64,000 bases of DNA, taken from assembly GCA_951406725.2 (NCBI GenBank), contig OX597826.1:57474001-57538000 (forward strand), given 5' to 3'. The notes under the pieces were generated by a model. The model ran no database searches. It was not told the DNA's origin and was given only the letters and a program-made list of their open reading frames with translations. This stretch comes from Octopus vulgaris. Lineage: Eukaryota. Every line of letters starts with the position of its first letter. Positions within the stretch are counted from its first letter, which is position 1. Positions 25,387 through 40,071 of this stretch are shown piece by piece. Made by a program: the position numbers and the translations under genes.

Positions 25387-28300
25387 ATATATATATACAT
25401 ATGCACATATTACACTTTAAACTGAAAGGTTGCAGATTAATATTGAGTAGAATAAACCATTGTGTGTATCAAATACACTAATTTTTTTTATTATGTCAAT
25501 AAACTGACACTGTATATAGACAAATACATATGCACACATATGTAATGGGTTGGTCACAGACATGGCTGAGTGGCTAAAATGTTGGCATCACAATTATGAG
25601 ATATGAACTGCAATTCCATCAAGTGACAGCTTTAGTTTACCCTCTTTAATACAGCCAGGAGGAGTTGATCCAAACTTCGTGAGTACACTTGAGTAGAGAG
25701 GAAACAGTGATGGCCCATATAAATAGACTGGGCCTAGCTCTGGCAACTCAAAGGGCCAGTCTGCCCCAGCATGTCATGCAAATTCTGTTTAAGGATTATG
25801 TTATGGATTCACAACATTCATTTATTTTCCATATATGAGAAATGTCAAAGGAAAGAAAGAATCATTGTTCACAACCCCAATCAGACCAAAGTCTACAGAT
25901 TTGCCACAAGAGCACTAGAGACTGACATTCATGTATCAGTTTACATAGCCATCTGAAGGTTTGCCACTCTTGTTCATGATATTCTGAGACAAAGAATACC
26001 ATCATCATCATGATCAAACACATACACACACACACACACATGTAAATATTGTTATTTTAATTTCATTTTCCAGTCTGGTATGGGTAGGATGATATTTGCT
26101 AGAACGGTTGGTATTACAGCATAGCGTCATATCTAACAGTAACTCGTTTGTGTAGTGTGAAGTGGGAACGAAACTTTGTCAACCAAGCTAACAGAAGCAA
26201 GCATTATTATGCTTCTAACTTGAAGACAAAATGGATTAGTCATTGTAAAGTTTGAACACATGATCTTATGATCAATAGTTAAGTATCTTAACCTCACAGC
26301 CATTGCTCACCATTATTTCTATTTCTCTCTTTCTCTCTGAAATAACCCTGTAAACTAAAGCTATGTATAACACTAAACTTTGTTAATTTAAAATATGAAG
26401 TACCTGCAGTTATTACAATATACAGCTTCCATACACAGTTTTGTAGATATATGTGAAAGACTAATGATTTTGTTTTTGCTTTTGTTTTTTTTATAGATAG
26501 TCATGAAATTCAAGATTTTTAAGAAAACGGATATGATATGCTCAGACATTTATGTTTTCTTGTTTTTCTTTCTTCTTTTTTAAAGAGTATTAGTGACAGA
26601 ACTGCAGTGAAGCATTTCAATGTGGTATGAAAACAGATTTTTCAGACTATATTAGTAGAATATGCTGCTACATTATGAGAAACCCATCATTGAATGAGAA
26701 CATAAACAGTCTAGAAAATAAATGTAAAAGCATATTGCTTATTAAAAAACAAGAAAATTATAACTGTTTGTCTAACAGAAATAATATAATAAATTCATAT
26801 TTGTCAAATTGGTATAATGGCAAACTACCAGCCATAGATTTGATGATATGTATTGTATCACTGAAGATATATTATGGCCATGAGAAAGACAGTTCTCATT
26901 GATACAGTAAAAGAATGCCACATATTAATACGACTTAAACAGTAATGAAGAGTGCAATATAACTAATATTGTTAACTTGTGATATTGAGTGCATATCCTT
27001 CTATTGGTATAGCCTGGAAAGCAATGGGCTTGGTCAGGTAGTCTTATATACACAGCAGGAACAGTATAGCATTAGCAATATCCCAATAACCAAATTAGTT
27101 ATGGTATTCACATCTCATCAGGAGCAATATTATACTTAGTGAAGTCTTAAGACTGGACCACTAGAATATTGTGAATTTAAAAAGAGAGCAGTGATGTAAA
27201 ATAGTCAAAGCTCTACCAAAATAGAAATTTGATGCTAAAGTTCAGTAGTTTTCAATTTAGATATTAAAATACTTATACTTTTAAATTAAACTAATAGCTA
27301 AATTTTCATTAGCAATTTCAATTTAAACTGTAGAATATTAAGATTATGGAAGAAATGTCACATAATGCCATACACCGAAGATAAGTGGCATCTATAGACA
27401 ATTTATAACCAATGTAATATTGAATGACAACCTATTAGGCACCAGTTTGAGGCAATGTTTTACATTCATATCTCACTGTTTAAACTCTTGGAATTATACA
27501 GCCACAGAAAGTGCTTTAAATTTTAAATAATCTACTTCATTGTGGCATGTGTTATGAAAAACCTACTAGGAGAAAGGGACGTGTTTATATTACCACATGA
27601 ATAAAATATATACAAAAATAAAGTGAAAGACCTAAATGAAAATTTAAAAAAACACAAAATGAAACAGAAACTTTTGAAGATTTGAACATTACAGACAGAG
27701 TACTGCCAAAATAAGTTCAAACACCACCAGCCAAATGAATTCCCAAACTCAGTTATCTTGACATCAAGTACCCACCTTAACTTCAGCAATGAGTTTTCGT
27801 GCTTTAGCCAATAAACTGTGCTGACAACTCCTTTAAACACATCTATAAAATAGTTCCCAACCTCACTCCTGTCCATGATAAAATTACCACAAAATAAACC
27901 AAGCAAAGCAACACGATATTCTCTGTTGCTAAGATAAAATACTAAAAATCGAGGCAATATATATATATATATGTGTGTGTGTGTATAGGTATGTATGTGT
28001 GTATATATATACATATACATACATACACATACACACATACACACACAACACACATATATGCTTTCATTCATACATACTCTGAATTGCATATACATATGTA
28101 TGTGTGAATAGATAAATATGTCTACAGTCTAAGCATTATAATGTAATGTTAAATGCAATAATATCTGAGTATATGGTACATGTGTGTGTGCACATGCATA
28201 TATTTCGATATGATCAGGCATAGATGCATATGTATACAGGCATCTATATATATATACACATATATATATCTAACGCTATATCTATGTAACTACCAAACAA

Positions 28301-29221
28301 TCAATTAACTATACAGCGTCACAGTCGAAAGTCAGCTGAAGAGGGTTGTGCGTCTGTTGTCAATATGCAGCTTCTGTTAACCACATACAAAAGCAATTAA
28401 ATGAAAATAAAATGAAGATAACCAACAGAGATAACTGTTATTATCAATCCATAAATCATGATTGAAAATATGGTGGAATATTAAACAGGACTGACTCCAC
28501 AGTCAATGTCAAAGAACTAGTTCTCTGTTGAATAAAATCGCTACTATCACTTACAGCTCTGTCGTTGAATGCCAATATTAGTGCAGTTGTTATTGGTATG
28601 TAAATATGTGTCGTTTTATTAGTTACCAAGTGTAAGTCTACTAGAACAGCTTAAGAATGAGAGTAAAGAGCTACGGTGCTAGGGAATGAGGAAAAAAGAA
28701 AGTGTGTGACTGCTTTGTGTGTGTGGATAAATATGTATGAGCGTTTGCAAATTTAGATATATATAGACACACATATTCAATAGTGATTCCAGCAAACACA
28801 TTCTGATGCCAGCAGTCTAAAAGGGCTGACAATGGAGAAGAAGTGTATGCTATCAATGAGAAGACAACAAATACTATATAGTCCTTGAGTTGATGCTGAA
28901 TTGGAAATGAGTAGGAAAACACCAGCAGCATGCAAAGTAGTGTTCAAGGAATGAAAAGATGATTATATCATAAAATCAGGAAGATCAAATCATTTGTTGA
29001 AGTGGTAAAATCTAGATTACCAAGGAGAAAATTAATTCCCAGTATAGGATTTGGATGAAGTCATGAAAGCTTTGATAACAGTTATTTTTGTGGGGTTCGT
29101 TTTTCCTTCTATTTTGTTATCATTATCAACAGGTTATAGGCAATTAGTTTAACAGTGGAACAGATTGGCCTTCTGCTAGGGTTAACACTGTCTTCTCTTC
29201 CTGTGGATTTGATAATGTAAT

Positions 29222-29455
29222 TACCTATTTCTTTATTACCCACAAGGGGCTAAACACAGAGGGGACAACAAGGACAGACATAGGTATTAAGTCGATTACA
29301 TCGACCCCAGTGCGTAACTGGTACTTAATTTATCGACCCCGAAAGGATGAAAGGCAAAGTCGACCTCGGCGGAATTCGAACTCACAACGTAACGCAGACG
29401 AAATACCGCTAAGCATTTCGCCCGGCGTGCTAACATTTCTGCCAGCTCGCCACCT
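29222..29455 (-). mobile_element. SINE family B, young CpG-rich full-length copy
   Basis: ggcgagcTGGCAGAAATGTTAGC (A box), GAGTTCGAATTCC (B box), gcctttcatcctttcggggtcgataaattaagtaccag central domain, tail ..tttagccccttgtgggtaataaagaaatagg. Confidence 0.92.
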
Positions 29456-29834
29456 CACCTTTAGCTTAAATTGGTTCATTTCAACCAATGATGTACATAT
29501 TGTATAAATACCTACAATAGTTCTAATGTAGGAAATCATTACTCTTATCATCATCATCATTCAAAACATATTTCAGGACTAGGTTTGGTGTTTCCGCATC
29601 CTTGCATCTAATTCAATCCCAGGTTTAACACTACCACATGGTCTATGGGTACATTTAGTAGTGTCCACTCTGTTGCTAGCTTTTGGATTTGAATTCTGAC
29701 CTAAGTATGGTTGCATATTTGGATGTATTTTGGTCTGACAATAGACTATGAAATGGGGTTTACTTCCACTATTGCCTACCATGAGTCTCACAACCATACA
29801 TATGGTCACTGCCTGTCTTCCTATAACTGAAGAA

Positions 29835-29976
29835 AGGCATTTGGCATTAGGAAGGGCATCCAGCTGTAGAAACTCTGCCAAATCAGATTGGAGTCTGGTT
29901 CGCCAGACCTCAGTCAAATCGTCCAACCCATGCTAGCATGGAAAGCAGACGTTAAATGATGATGATGATGATGATG
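29835..29976 (+). mobile_element. 3' fragment of the RTE-tailed element
   Basis: ggcattaggaagggcatccagctgtagaaac..ccaacccatgctagcatggaaagcagacgttaaat(gat)n. Confidence 0.85.
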
Positions 29977-30440
29977 AAGTTCACTCATGTTGGGGTATCT
30001 ATCTTGCAGGCACGTGCCATGAGTAATTACTCAGGGTAGGCAGTTGGTGACATTTATGTAGTAAAACACACACAAAAAAAAGTAAGTGAAGCACAGGTGC
30101 ATGACTGAGATGGAGGCAGATTTACTTCTGCCTTTATAGCACATGAAGAAAATGTTGTAGGAGTGTACGCAGCACATGTACTACAGCAATTCTATGCATA
30201 GTTTTAATACTGAGATTGAAAGGCAGGAGCAAATTATGCCTACCTAATCTACAAAAATGTAAAATATTTTGCATTTTATGCATAATAATCAGAGTAACCT
30301 TCATAATTTTATTGAATTAGGTGCCTATTTTGCCATAGAAGGAAAATGTTACTATTGATCTATTTCATTCAGGGTAAGCACTGCCTACCTTACGTACCCA
30401 TGTGGTACATCTCTGCTATCTTGGTATGATTAATTAAGTA

Positions 30441-30833
30441 CTCTCTTTTACTTGTTTCAATTATTTGACTGTGGCCATGCTGGAGCACTGCCTTTAGTCG
30501 AGCAAATCGACCCCGGAACTTATTCTTTGTAAGCCCAGTACTTATTCTATCGGTCTCTTTTGTCGAACCGCTAAGTGACGGGGACGTAAACACACCAGCA
30601 TCGGCTGTCAAGCAATGCTAGAGGGACAAACACAGACACACAAATATTACACATACATACATACATATATATATATACATATATACGACAGGCTTCTTTC
30701 AGTTTCCGTCTACCAAATCCACTCACAAGGCTTTGGTCGGCCCGAGGCTATAGCAGAAGACACTTGCCCAAGATGCCATGCAGTGGGACTGAACCCGAAA
30801 CCATGTGGTTGGTTAGCAAGCTACTTACCACAC
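30441..30833 (-). mobile_element. SINE family A, near full length
   Basis: Near-identical to the other family A copies. Confidence 0.92.
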
Positions 30834-31123
30834 AATGATATTTTAAGATTGAATCAATGAACAACACTGATTCCCCAAAATATTTCTAATGTAAGAAATC
30901 ATTAAGATTAGTCTAATTATCCTTCAGAATTTGATTCACAGAAACAATAGTGTTGGATTTAAATATCTCGCCATATTTAATTATGTCCCTCTAAATTTTG
31001 AGTTCAAGTTTAAACAAGGTTTGACTTTTTTTCCATTCATCCTTTCAATTGATATTCTGGGAAATCAATTGAACCAGCTCCTTTCCTTACAAATTTGTGG
31101 CCTTGTGCCAAAGGTAGAAATTT

Positions 31124-31145
31124 CTACTACTACTACTACTACTTT

Positions 31146-31200
<55 letters not shown>

Positions 31201-31202
31201 GT

Positions 31203-31266
<64 letters not shown>
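31124..31266. repeat. (TAC)n microsatellite at the tail of a degenerate family B SINE (about 30960-31120)
   Basis: Direct reading; preceded by tgagttcaag..ttcatcctttc..aaatttgtggccttgtgccaaa. Confidence 0.9.
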
Positions 31267-32602
31267 GTTCAGTTACTAAAAACCTTTACTCTGTGAGATG
31301 TAATGGAATGTCTTACGTGATAACATTGGACTCACTGTAGGTTCTAAAACATCAAACCAGTCAGGTGTCTTAAAATTGATTCAGTTTTACCTAAGCAATT
31401 TAATTAATATGAAACAGAAAATATAATTTTGATCTCACCTGGAAACTGAGATTGAACTCAGTTTCACAGCGGTGATGTTCATCAACTTACTTTGAAGCTT
31501 CTGCTGACACCTCCTAGCAAAACTATAGTTCAGTAGGGAACTTTAATGACTAATCAGTTGTTTAACGACACACACACGGTATGACTACTCAAATTCGTGC
31601 GTGATTAATGAAGTAGTGGTGTTGGTAGTGTGTGGAAACTAACTCTGCTAATGGTAGTAAATCAAGCTGCTTACACAACAAGCAAAACCATGATTGTTGC
31701 CATGGTAGCAGAAAAGAAAGATTTTTAACTGTTGTTGCCGAGGCTAGTGTATGGAATAATAGATTCTAATTGCTAGAATATAATGGCACTACAGAATTAA
31801 ACAAAATCCCATACAAGGCTGGATTCAGCAATTAAGCTCTATCGTTCATACTGCATGGCAGAAAGAAAATCATGGTAGTTAAAGACTTGCATCACAGTTG
31901 GATCACTGATAAAGTTTCAGAACATTGTATTGAAAAATTTTTCACTACTCATAGAATAATAAAAAGTAAGTAAAATTGAAATGCTTTCCAAAATGTAGCT
32001 GAAGATGTAAGAGAACATTATGATGTATTATTTAAAAATAAATATATAAAAAAAAGTAGGTTTTTCTTGGTTCATTTTGCTCTAAAGTCTAATTGGTATT
32101 CACTAACTTTACTTGTCTTTTATGTTGCAAAACAGGATTTTAAAAGTTTCAAGGAATTCTAAATAGTATTGTTAAGGAAGACATGATACACTGGATAAAA
32201 TACATGCCAGAAATTAGAGCACACGTAAGCTTTTACAAATGTAGTTTACATTAACTTTTAAAACTAGGATGTTGATACAAGTCTACAAATATATATATAG
32301 GAGGAAAGGAAAAGCAGTATTGTGGCATGAATGTTTTTCTGGGGTTTTTTGGGGTTTTTTTTTCTTAAAACCCCACTTACAAGACACAAGCAGCATTAGT
32401 AAAGATACTTAATGACTGTCATGAGTTCAAATTTTTGTGTATGTTTTACCTTCCACTACACCGTGGTGTTTGCCACGAGCAGATTAGGAGAATTATTAAA
32501 GGAAATTGAGGTTGGAACAAGAAAGAATTTTGTAGTGTTCTTTGTAGAATACCATTTGTTTCATTTACTTCTGAGTATAAGCGGCTGTTTCTTTATCAAC
32601 AT

Positions 32603-32914
32603 GTGTAAAAAGCACCATCCGAACGTGGCTGATGCCAGTGCCACCTTGACTGGCTTCTGTGCCGGTGGCACGTAAAAAGCACCAATCCAATCATGGCCGT
32701 TGCCAGCCTCGCCTGGCACCTGTGCCGGTGGCACGTAAAAAGCACCCACTACACTCACGGAGTGGTTGGTGTTAGGAAGAGCATCCAGCTGTAGAAACAT
32801 TGCCAGATCAGACTGGAGCCTGGTGCAGCCTTCTGGCTTCCCAGATCCCCAGTCGAACCGTCCAATCCATGTTAGCTAGGAGAACAGACGTTAAACGATG
32901 ATGATGATGATGAT
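32603..32914 (+). mobile_element. RTE-tailed element with about 2-3 units of the 62-bp repeat
   Basis: Reverse complement of 10003-10300: gtgccggtggcacgtaaaaagcacc units, then ggaagagcatccagctgtagaaac...gttaaac(gat)n. Confidence 0.85.
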
Positions 32915-33419
32915 GTATGTGTTTATGACTACACCACTGTCTTTGTTAAGAAGAGAAAGAGTTTCTAGGTGTTCTCCCACCACACTGCACCTTGCATAAG
33001 TGTCTTCTACATTACACATCAAGTTGAACAGTATCATGTGAGATGATTTTGGAAGGTAGAAACTGTGTGGAAGCCATTTTGGGTATATGTGTATAAAGGT
33101 TTGTGTGTGTATGTAGCTATATTTTGGGAGTGGCATACATATTTTGGGAAAGCCATAAACACACTCACCAGTTGTGGTTCACTTGTATTCTTGGTTATAT
33201 TCCTAGAAATCTTTCATCACATTTTTCCTGTCATCATTTCAATGAGAATTTAAATGTTGAGTGCGTTTACAGTCTGTATAACAGTATGACTCTCCCAAAA
33301 TATTAAGATATCAGTTACAACACACATTTTCAAATCAAAATTCCTGCTAAGCAAATTCAAAAGAAAAATGTTTATCACACAAACACACACACTGACACAC
33401 ACAAATATATATGTATAAA

Positions 33420-33636
33420 TGTTGGTTTCAAATTTTGGCACAAGGCCAGCAATTTTGAGGGAGGGGTGAATTGATTACATCAATCCAAGTTCTCAACTGT
33501 TACTTATTTTATTGACCCCAAAAGGATGAAAGGCAGAGTAGACCTTGGCAGATGTTTGATCTCAGAACATAAAACCAGACAAAATGCTGTTGAGCATTTT
33601 GCCCAGCATGCTAATGACTCCGGTAGCTTGCCACCT
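33420..33636 (-). mobile_element. SINE family B with alternative tail
   Basis: Head aaggtggcaagct, central domain, tail cctcaaaattgctggccttgtgccaaaatttgaaacc; same layout at 49240-49440. Confidence 0.85.
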
Positions 33637-35814
33637 TGTATATATATATATATATATGTATAAATATTGGCATATATTAGTGCTAATATAGTACTTAAAG
33701 ATAGCTTATTAGGCAATGTCATTGTGTATGGTATGCAGTGTCTTTATAATGTATATTATTGCTGCTGTGAAGGTTTAAATATTACACTATTTGCTCATGA
33801 GCTACTCAAAGATTATATCATATTGAAGCTGTCTTCTCCATGTAGCATAACACACAGTGTAGAACCTGTCTGAATTGCAGCCTCTCTGATAGGACAGTAC
33901 TACGGGTATTCTGGTTCTAGTGTTTCCTGATTTGTATCTAATATAAATAACTCCTGCAGTGATCAATCTGTATCTTCAGATACAAAATCTAGAAGCATGT
34001 TTATTTTCAAGAATATGCATTGAAAGCTCTCATGTATTAACAGCAGTATTCAAGTATGTTTTGCTATTATTCTGAAATAGAGCTGCAAATTCATTATCCT
34101 CCAAGTTCCTCCCAATGTCATTTCTGTTCCCTGTGATGAGTATTTGCACCTTTTGCTCTCAATGATATAAGGTATTACAAACGTACTTTTGAGTTCTCAT
34201 TTTTAGAACATATTAAATTGGAAACTAATCAATGGAAGAACCAACAATGAATTTGATTGATATTTGAACATCAGTGGAATTGAAATCAACATTCTTAATA
34301 CCTACAGGAAGTAAAAACTAAAGCTGCATTATAAGCGGAACATTTAATCTCAAACTTCCATATATATTTTGTCAGTATTTTCACTGCCCGCCCACTCCAA
34401 ATTCATTCTTCATGCTATGCTTTGAAAATGAGTTGCTTGTCTTATCCTATGTAAAACAACCACTATGGCCCTGTATTCCCTTATCATAATTATCTGCCAT
34501 TTCCCTGCAATAGCTCTTCTTTGTCAAGCTATTCTTGTATTTGTGATCCCCAATCTGTAGCTCCATATAACTTTACAGCAGCTATTATTCTTGTGTTAAA
34601 CAGGCTTGCCAATATTTGCTTCTGAATTTGTAAGCTGTGAAGGGTAAGTCTCCATTCATTCATATGATATGCATTTTCAGTGGTGGATAATGTTTGTAAT
34701 GTTACACTGTAACACTTTTGTATTTGTAAATGTATTCAAAAACATGTATGAAACAGATAGGGGGAACCTGAAGGAAAACTGCATGTCAGTATTAAGAAGT
34801 GGTGTGTATCAAATTGAAAGCTGAAAATGAAATTTATAAAATGGGCATCATATTAATAGTTTTTCATAAAGAAATTGAAAGACTTGAATAAGTAGATAGC
34901 AGATAATTAATAAAACATACACACACAGATATGCATATATATATATGAAACAAAAACTCATAAGGCAAAAGTATAAATATAAAACAAAATTTTGTGTAAC
35001 ATATATGAATAGAAAATGAAATATATTAAACTGAAAGCTTCAAATGAACCTCTTAAAATTGAAATTTGTTAGTGTGAAGAATTGTAATGTACGAGATAGA
35101 AAGCAGAAAGTTACACTTTGAAAATTGAAAGCTGTTGTATATATATATATATATATACATGAAATAATGAAAAACCTGTATGTAAATCTTCCATTTCAAA
35201 AATAACTGAACTGATATCTTACTGTAAACTGTAACACACACACACATGTATATTTATACATATATATCACTTTGAGTGAATTCACTAAGAAGCAATAAAT
35301 TACATAACTCAAGATGTAAAGGCAGAGTATTTTCTTTAATAAATTTGAACTGAATGGCTCTAAAAAGCCAGCTCTCTGAGATTTGTGTTGTTGCTTTTTC
35401 AACAGACAATCTGAGCTTGCTGCCTCCTAAATCATCAGATGTTTGAATATATGTCAAAATATTATATGAATGCTATCTAGAAACATCAATATTCTTTCAA
35501 AAAATCACGCAAGTAAAATTTATAAAAACATATACTTCAAGATCATGCTTTCCATATTCTTCCTGGGTAAGATGGTGATATAAAAATAATCTAAATATCT
35601 TCATACTTTTCATTTGTCATTGCATGCAGAGTCCAACCGCATACAAAGGACGTTGCACTGAAATTATTCTTCTCTTATGAAATTCCATTGTTATTTAAAC
35701 AACTTTCTTGAAAACATCTGAAGAGAATTGCAACTTCAAAACAAATGCTTTTTTGCTGAACCAGGTCAAAAATCAAAGAGGTGCACAAAAAAGGTTTAGC
35801 TTCATGAACATAAA

Positions 35815-36052
35815 GGAGGCGCAATGGCCGAGTGGTTAGGGCAGCGGACTTGCGGTCGGAGGATCGCGGTTTCGATTCCCAGACCGGGCGTTGTGTGTGT
35901 TTATTGAGCGAAAACACCTAAAAGCTCCACGTGGTTCCGGCTGGGGATGGTGGTGATCCCGGCTGTACTCTTTCACCACTCTAAAGGCGGTGCTCCAGCA
36001 TGGCCGCAGTAAAATTACTTAAACAATTACAAAAAAAAAAAAAAAAAAAAAA
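35815..36052 (+). mobile_element. tRNA-derived SINE, family C (young, CpG-rich), with family A-type tail and poly(A)
   Basis: A box TGGCCGAGTGG (35825), B box GGTTTCGATTCC (35868), no pairable acceptor stem, then aaaggcggtgctccagcatggccgcagt and an A-run. Confidence 0.85.
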
Positions 36053-37006
36053 TAAGGTACCAACAAATCAATTCTTTTGTTCAAACCATTAATGCTTTAA
36101 AGTAACATTCTGTTTTTCTCTTTCAAACAAAGATCACACCATATATCTGGTTTGAAGATCCACAACTGACCAAATAATTTTGAATTTGTGAAAACTTGCC
36201 TTCACATAAGAACTATATAAATTTTGACAAAAACCATAACATTTATTTATTTTTTTTTTTTAGCTGACAAATGAGTGGTTATGCTTCGAGTATTGATTTT
36301 GTAATGACAGTTCAATTGCTCCAATACATACTTGGTTTTGACTTTAGAACTATATGCTACTGACTTTGCTAAAGAATTTCCATGAATTTCATGAATTCTA
36401 CAGTTGCATGATTGGTGTTGGTTAGATACTTGCCTTTCTGATTCATTTAGCTATGCAGCATTATAATTCCTGATATAACAATAAAAATTCTTACAACTTG
36501 CATAACTAACCATAACAGTCTTTTCTAATACCATACAATATCTATGTCTTATTAAGAAATAGTAATCTATCAGATGAAGGAGTCTCCTAGCTATATTAGT
36601 TCTTACTGCTAGATTAAATACAGGATTGTAACATAAAATATTCTTTTACCTGTTCCTATGCTTTTCGCTCTCAGTGCTTCAATATAGCTTATCATAGAAA
36701 CCACTATTTCTGAGCACTTTATCATAATACTCAGTTGCCCTCATATAAGTATCTTCATTGGAAGATATTGAAAATGCAGATTTACTTACACCATCGACTA
36801 AGTTTCTCAAATGATGTGATTGCTTGTACATGTATGCTAATTTCTCATTTAGTTCGAGGTACTATCTGAAACTATTGTTATCTAGTCTCAGGTTTGTTCT
36901 AGATAATCAACAGTGATAAGATTAGTATCTGTACTAAGCCCTATTCCCAGAAATAATTTAATCTGACTTTTCCTAAATCTCTTCAACTTATGGCAGTATG
37001 TATATG

Positions 37007-37049
<43 letters not shown>

Positions 37050-39536
37050 CAATGAAAGATCTGTTATTTTAACCACCTGCTCCATTTTCAGAACAAACTA
37101 AAATGACAGGTTAATATGTAAGAAATACAGAAAACAAATACGGAAAATAATGGCTTTGCAACTTAGAAGCTGAAAATACTTATATGCATAGAAACTGATT
37201 GGAAACTTGAAGCAATAAATTGTAAATACAAGCAGAGAAATATGACAGGAATATATATGAAACAAGATATGTAAATACAATAAATTGCTGGAAACTTAGA
37301 AACAATTAAGCGTGTGTGTGTGTGTGTGTGTACACATAGTGCTGAATGGAAATACTGAATGTAACAGATTAGCAACAAAAAGATTTTTTTTAAAAATCAT
37401 TTTAAAAATGGAAAATGAACGAAAATTTGAAACGCCAAGAAATTGGAAGTAGGTATAAGTTCACAAGACACACACAACCCTTAAATTGAAATGAAATGAC
37501 ATTGCTTTTACTATGGCAACAGTCAGAGGATTTGTAGAGATCTGTTGTTGCCATCTTGCTATTTCATAGCTGAAATGACATCAGTTCACTAGTGCACATA
37601 CATTAAAAATAAAATAGAAGTCTGCACAGAAACTAAATAATTTTAATTATAACTCCCACTCACACAAACACACACACACACATTCATTCAAAGCTGAGTG
37701 TTCATTTGAACAAGTGCACATAATAGGGAACTCGGAGTAATGACAGTGTGAATGATCACTTCTAAGTGTATAAAATACATTCTACTACATGAATTAAGTA
37801 CTCTTTCTAATGTTTGTACATCAATATACAGACAGATAGATAGAATCTTTATAACAAGTTTCCAAAAGTTCAAGACAGAAAAACAAGGGACTATATAATT
37901 TTTTTTTCCCATACCACTCTGATGCTATGTAAGAGCTAAATACAAGTGCCAAATTTTGTTTCAATCACGAAAAGTATGTTGCATCAGAGAATTTCTGTAA
38001 TCTTTTACTAAAATCTAAATGTAAACCATTTCATTACAACATATCACATTAGGAGAAGAAGGAAAAAATTGGAATGAAGATTAAAACACTGTGTTTGCAA
38101 CAAGAAACAACTAACTGCAGAGCGTAATTCTTTAACATTTGCATTTCACTACAAGTTTACCTACAATATAATCTTGGAGTAAGTACTTAACCTATTTATC
38201 ACATAAAAGTTTACATAGCAAGAGAGATAGAGACAGCAAGAGCAAAGGATAAAGACATATATATATATATGGAGAGAGAGAGAGAGAGAGAAGGAAAAAT
38301 ATTGTGCTATGGAAACACATATATTAAGCAATAAGTAGAAAAGTTCAAAAATATATTACGCTAAATTCTTTCTTTAATCTGAAGATCTTAAATTACATTT
38401 CCAACAAACAGTATTAACCAGAAATACAGAAAGCATTGATATAGGAGATAGAGAGTGAATATGCAGACTACTAAGAACTGTTTGTATGCAGCTAGGATTT
38501 TGGTAGCTTCTACGAGTTGGAATTAAGTGCACGCACTTAGAGATTGATGTTTTTAATCGCAAAAATAAAGCACCAAACACCAGATACTGTAAATAAAGAT
38601 CTTGGAGGCATTGTGCCATCAAATTTCTAAAGGATTCAAGGTGGCACTGGTATCTGACATTTTAATACAACCATTTAAAGTTGTTGTTCTTTGTTTTGCT
38701 CTGTGATTTTTTTTATTTTGTTTTTGTTTTTGATAGTTGTTCAAAACTGGAAATATCAAATGTTTGACATATTCTGTGATGTTGAATGGAAAATTCTACG
38801 TTTTCTCAAGATTCTTGCCTAGAATTAGCCTACATCCATTTAATGTTTCTCTAATATATTAGAAAAAAAAGTATTTTCCATTTGTCAAGAAGTACTAAAT
38901 CAAAATGCACTCACAACTAAAATCCAAAAAGACTACACACTAGGAATATTAAAACAAAGACAATTGTGTATTGTAGGATTTTGTAATGGTTCTAGTATTT
39001 CTTATATATGTTTTTGTTTCATTATCAAATTAAGATTTGGTTTCCAAGTTATTCATCTCGTGATAACTGATTCTAATACCGAATACTAAGGTTAAAATAA
39101 AAATATTGCATGTGCATGCACACAGCCCAGCACACATGCACACATATACACAAAGACAAATAATTAGGTTCCAGTAGCCTAAATTATAAATGAATAAATG
39201 TACATAACTAAATATATATATATTCGAGTCACTGCATACAAATGAAAGTATGTATGGAATTGATGTATATGAAATAGATATTTAAAAAGTACATGTTCGT
39301 GCATGCAAATATGAGTGCATACATATATGTAGAAGTGTATATGAAGAACACTATCTCTAATAAATGTATATTTCCAAAACCATTTATCTGTACATGCAAG
39401 AATATATGTGAGTGTATATGAGTATACAGAGCCATAATACAATGCACATATACACATGCATGCATTTATGCACCAACATGCAAGGTTACGTATGTGCTGA
39501 AGTATGTCTGCATGGAGAATAGAAGTTTGATGATAG

Positions 39537-39590
39537 CGGTGGTGGTGGTGGTGGTGGTGGTGGTGGTGGTGGTGGTGGTGGTGGTGATGA
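39537..39590. repeat. (GGT)n microsatellite
   Basis: Direct reading. Confidence 0.95.
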
Positions 39591-40029
39591 TGTTATATGC
39601 AAATAGCTATACATACCCCAATAAGTGTATATATCTAAGTGCGGTGTGTTTGTTTGTTTGTTTGTTTGTGTATATTAGAGTTGTGTAGAAACAGTGAGAA
39701 CGTGTGATTAATAGCATGCTAGAAACTGTGTGACCATGTGAAAAAAGCATACAAGAATAGTACAAATGAGCTGAGGAGACAATTATGTAAGGGTATTTAT
39801 GGTCATGTGAAAAAAGTATTACAAGGGTAAATATGAGTTGTGTACAGATGAGTTTTACAGTGTTTGTAAAGATACAGACATATAAGAGAATCAATATGTG
39901 ACTGTCTAAGCATTTCTGTTTAACCATATAGACATGCTTCTACACACATGTACAGAGATACACAATTATATACTAACAGACACACTTCACCTTATATAAG
40001 TACATACATATATGTATATATATTTAAAT

Positions 40030-40071
<42 letters not shown>

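Noticed and set aside
27532-28095. 187-aa minus-strand ORF or possible retro-element relic on plus
   Set aside because: The ORF starts in a microsatellite and has no recognisable domain. The plus strand gives only vague hints, too weak to call.
33780-34620. Possible old LINE fragment
   Set aside because: No motif could be read convincingly.
35815-35890. tRNA gene
   Set aside because: A and B boxes are present but there is no acceptor stem, and it continues into a SINE body, shared tail and poly(A).
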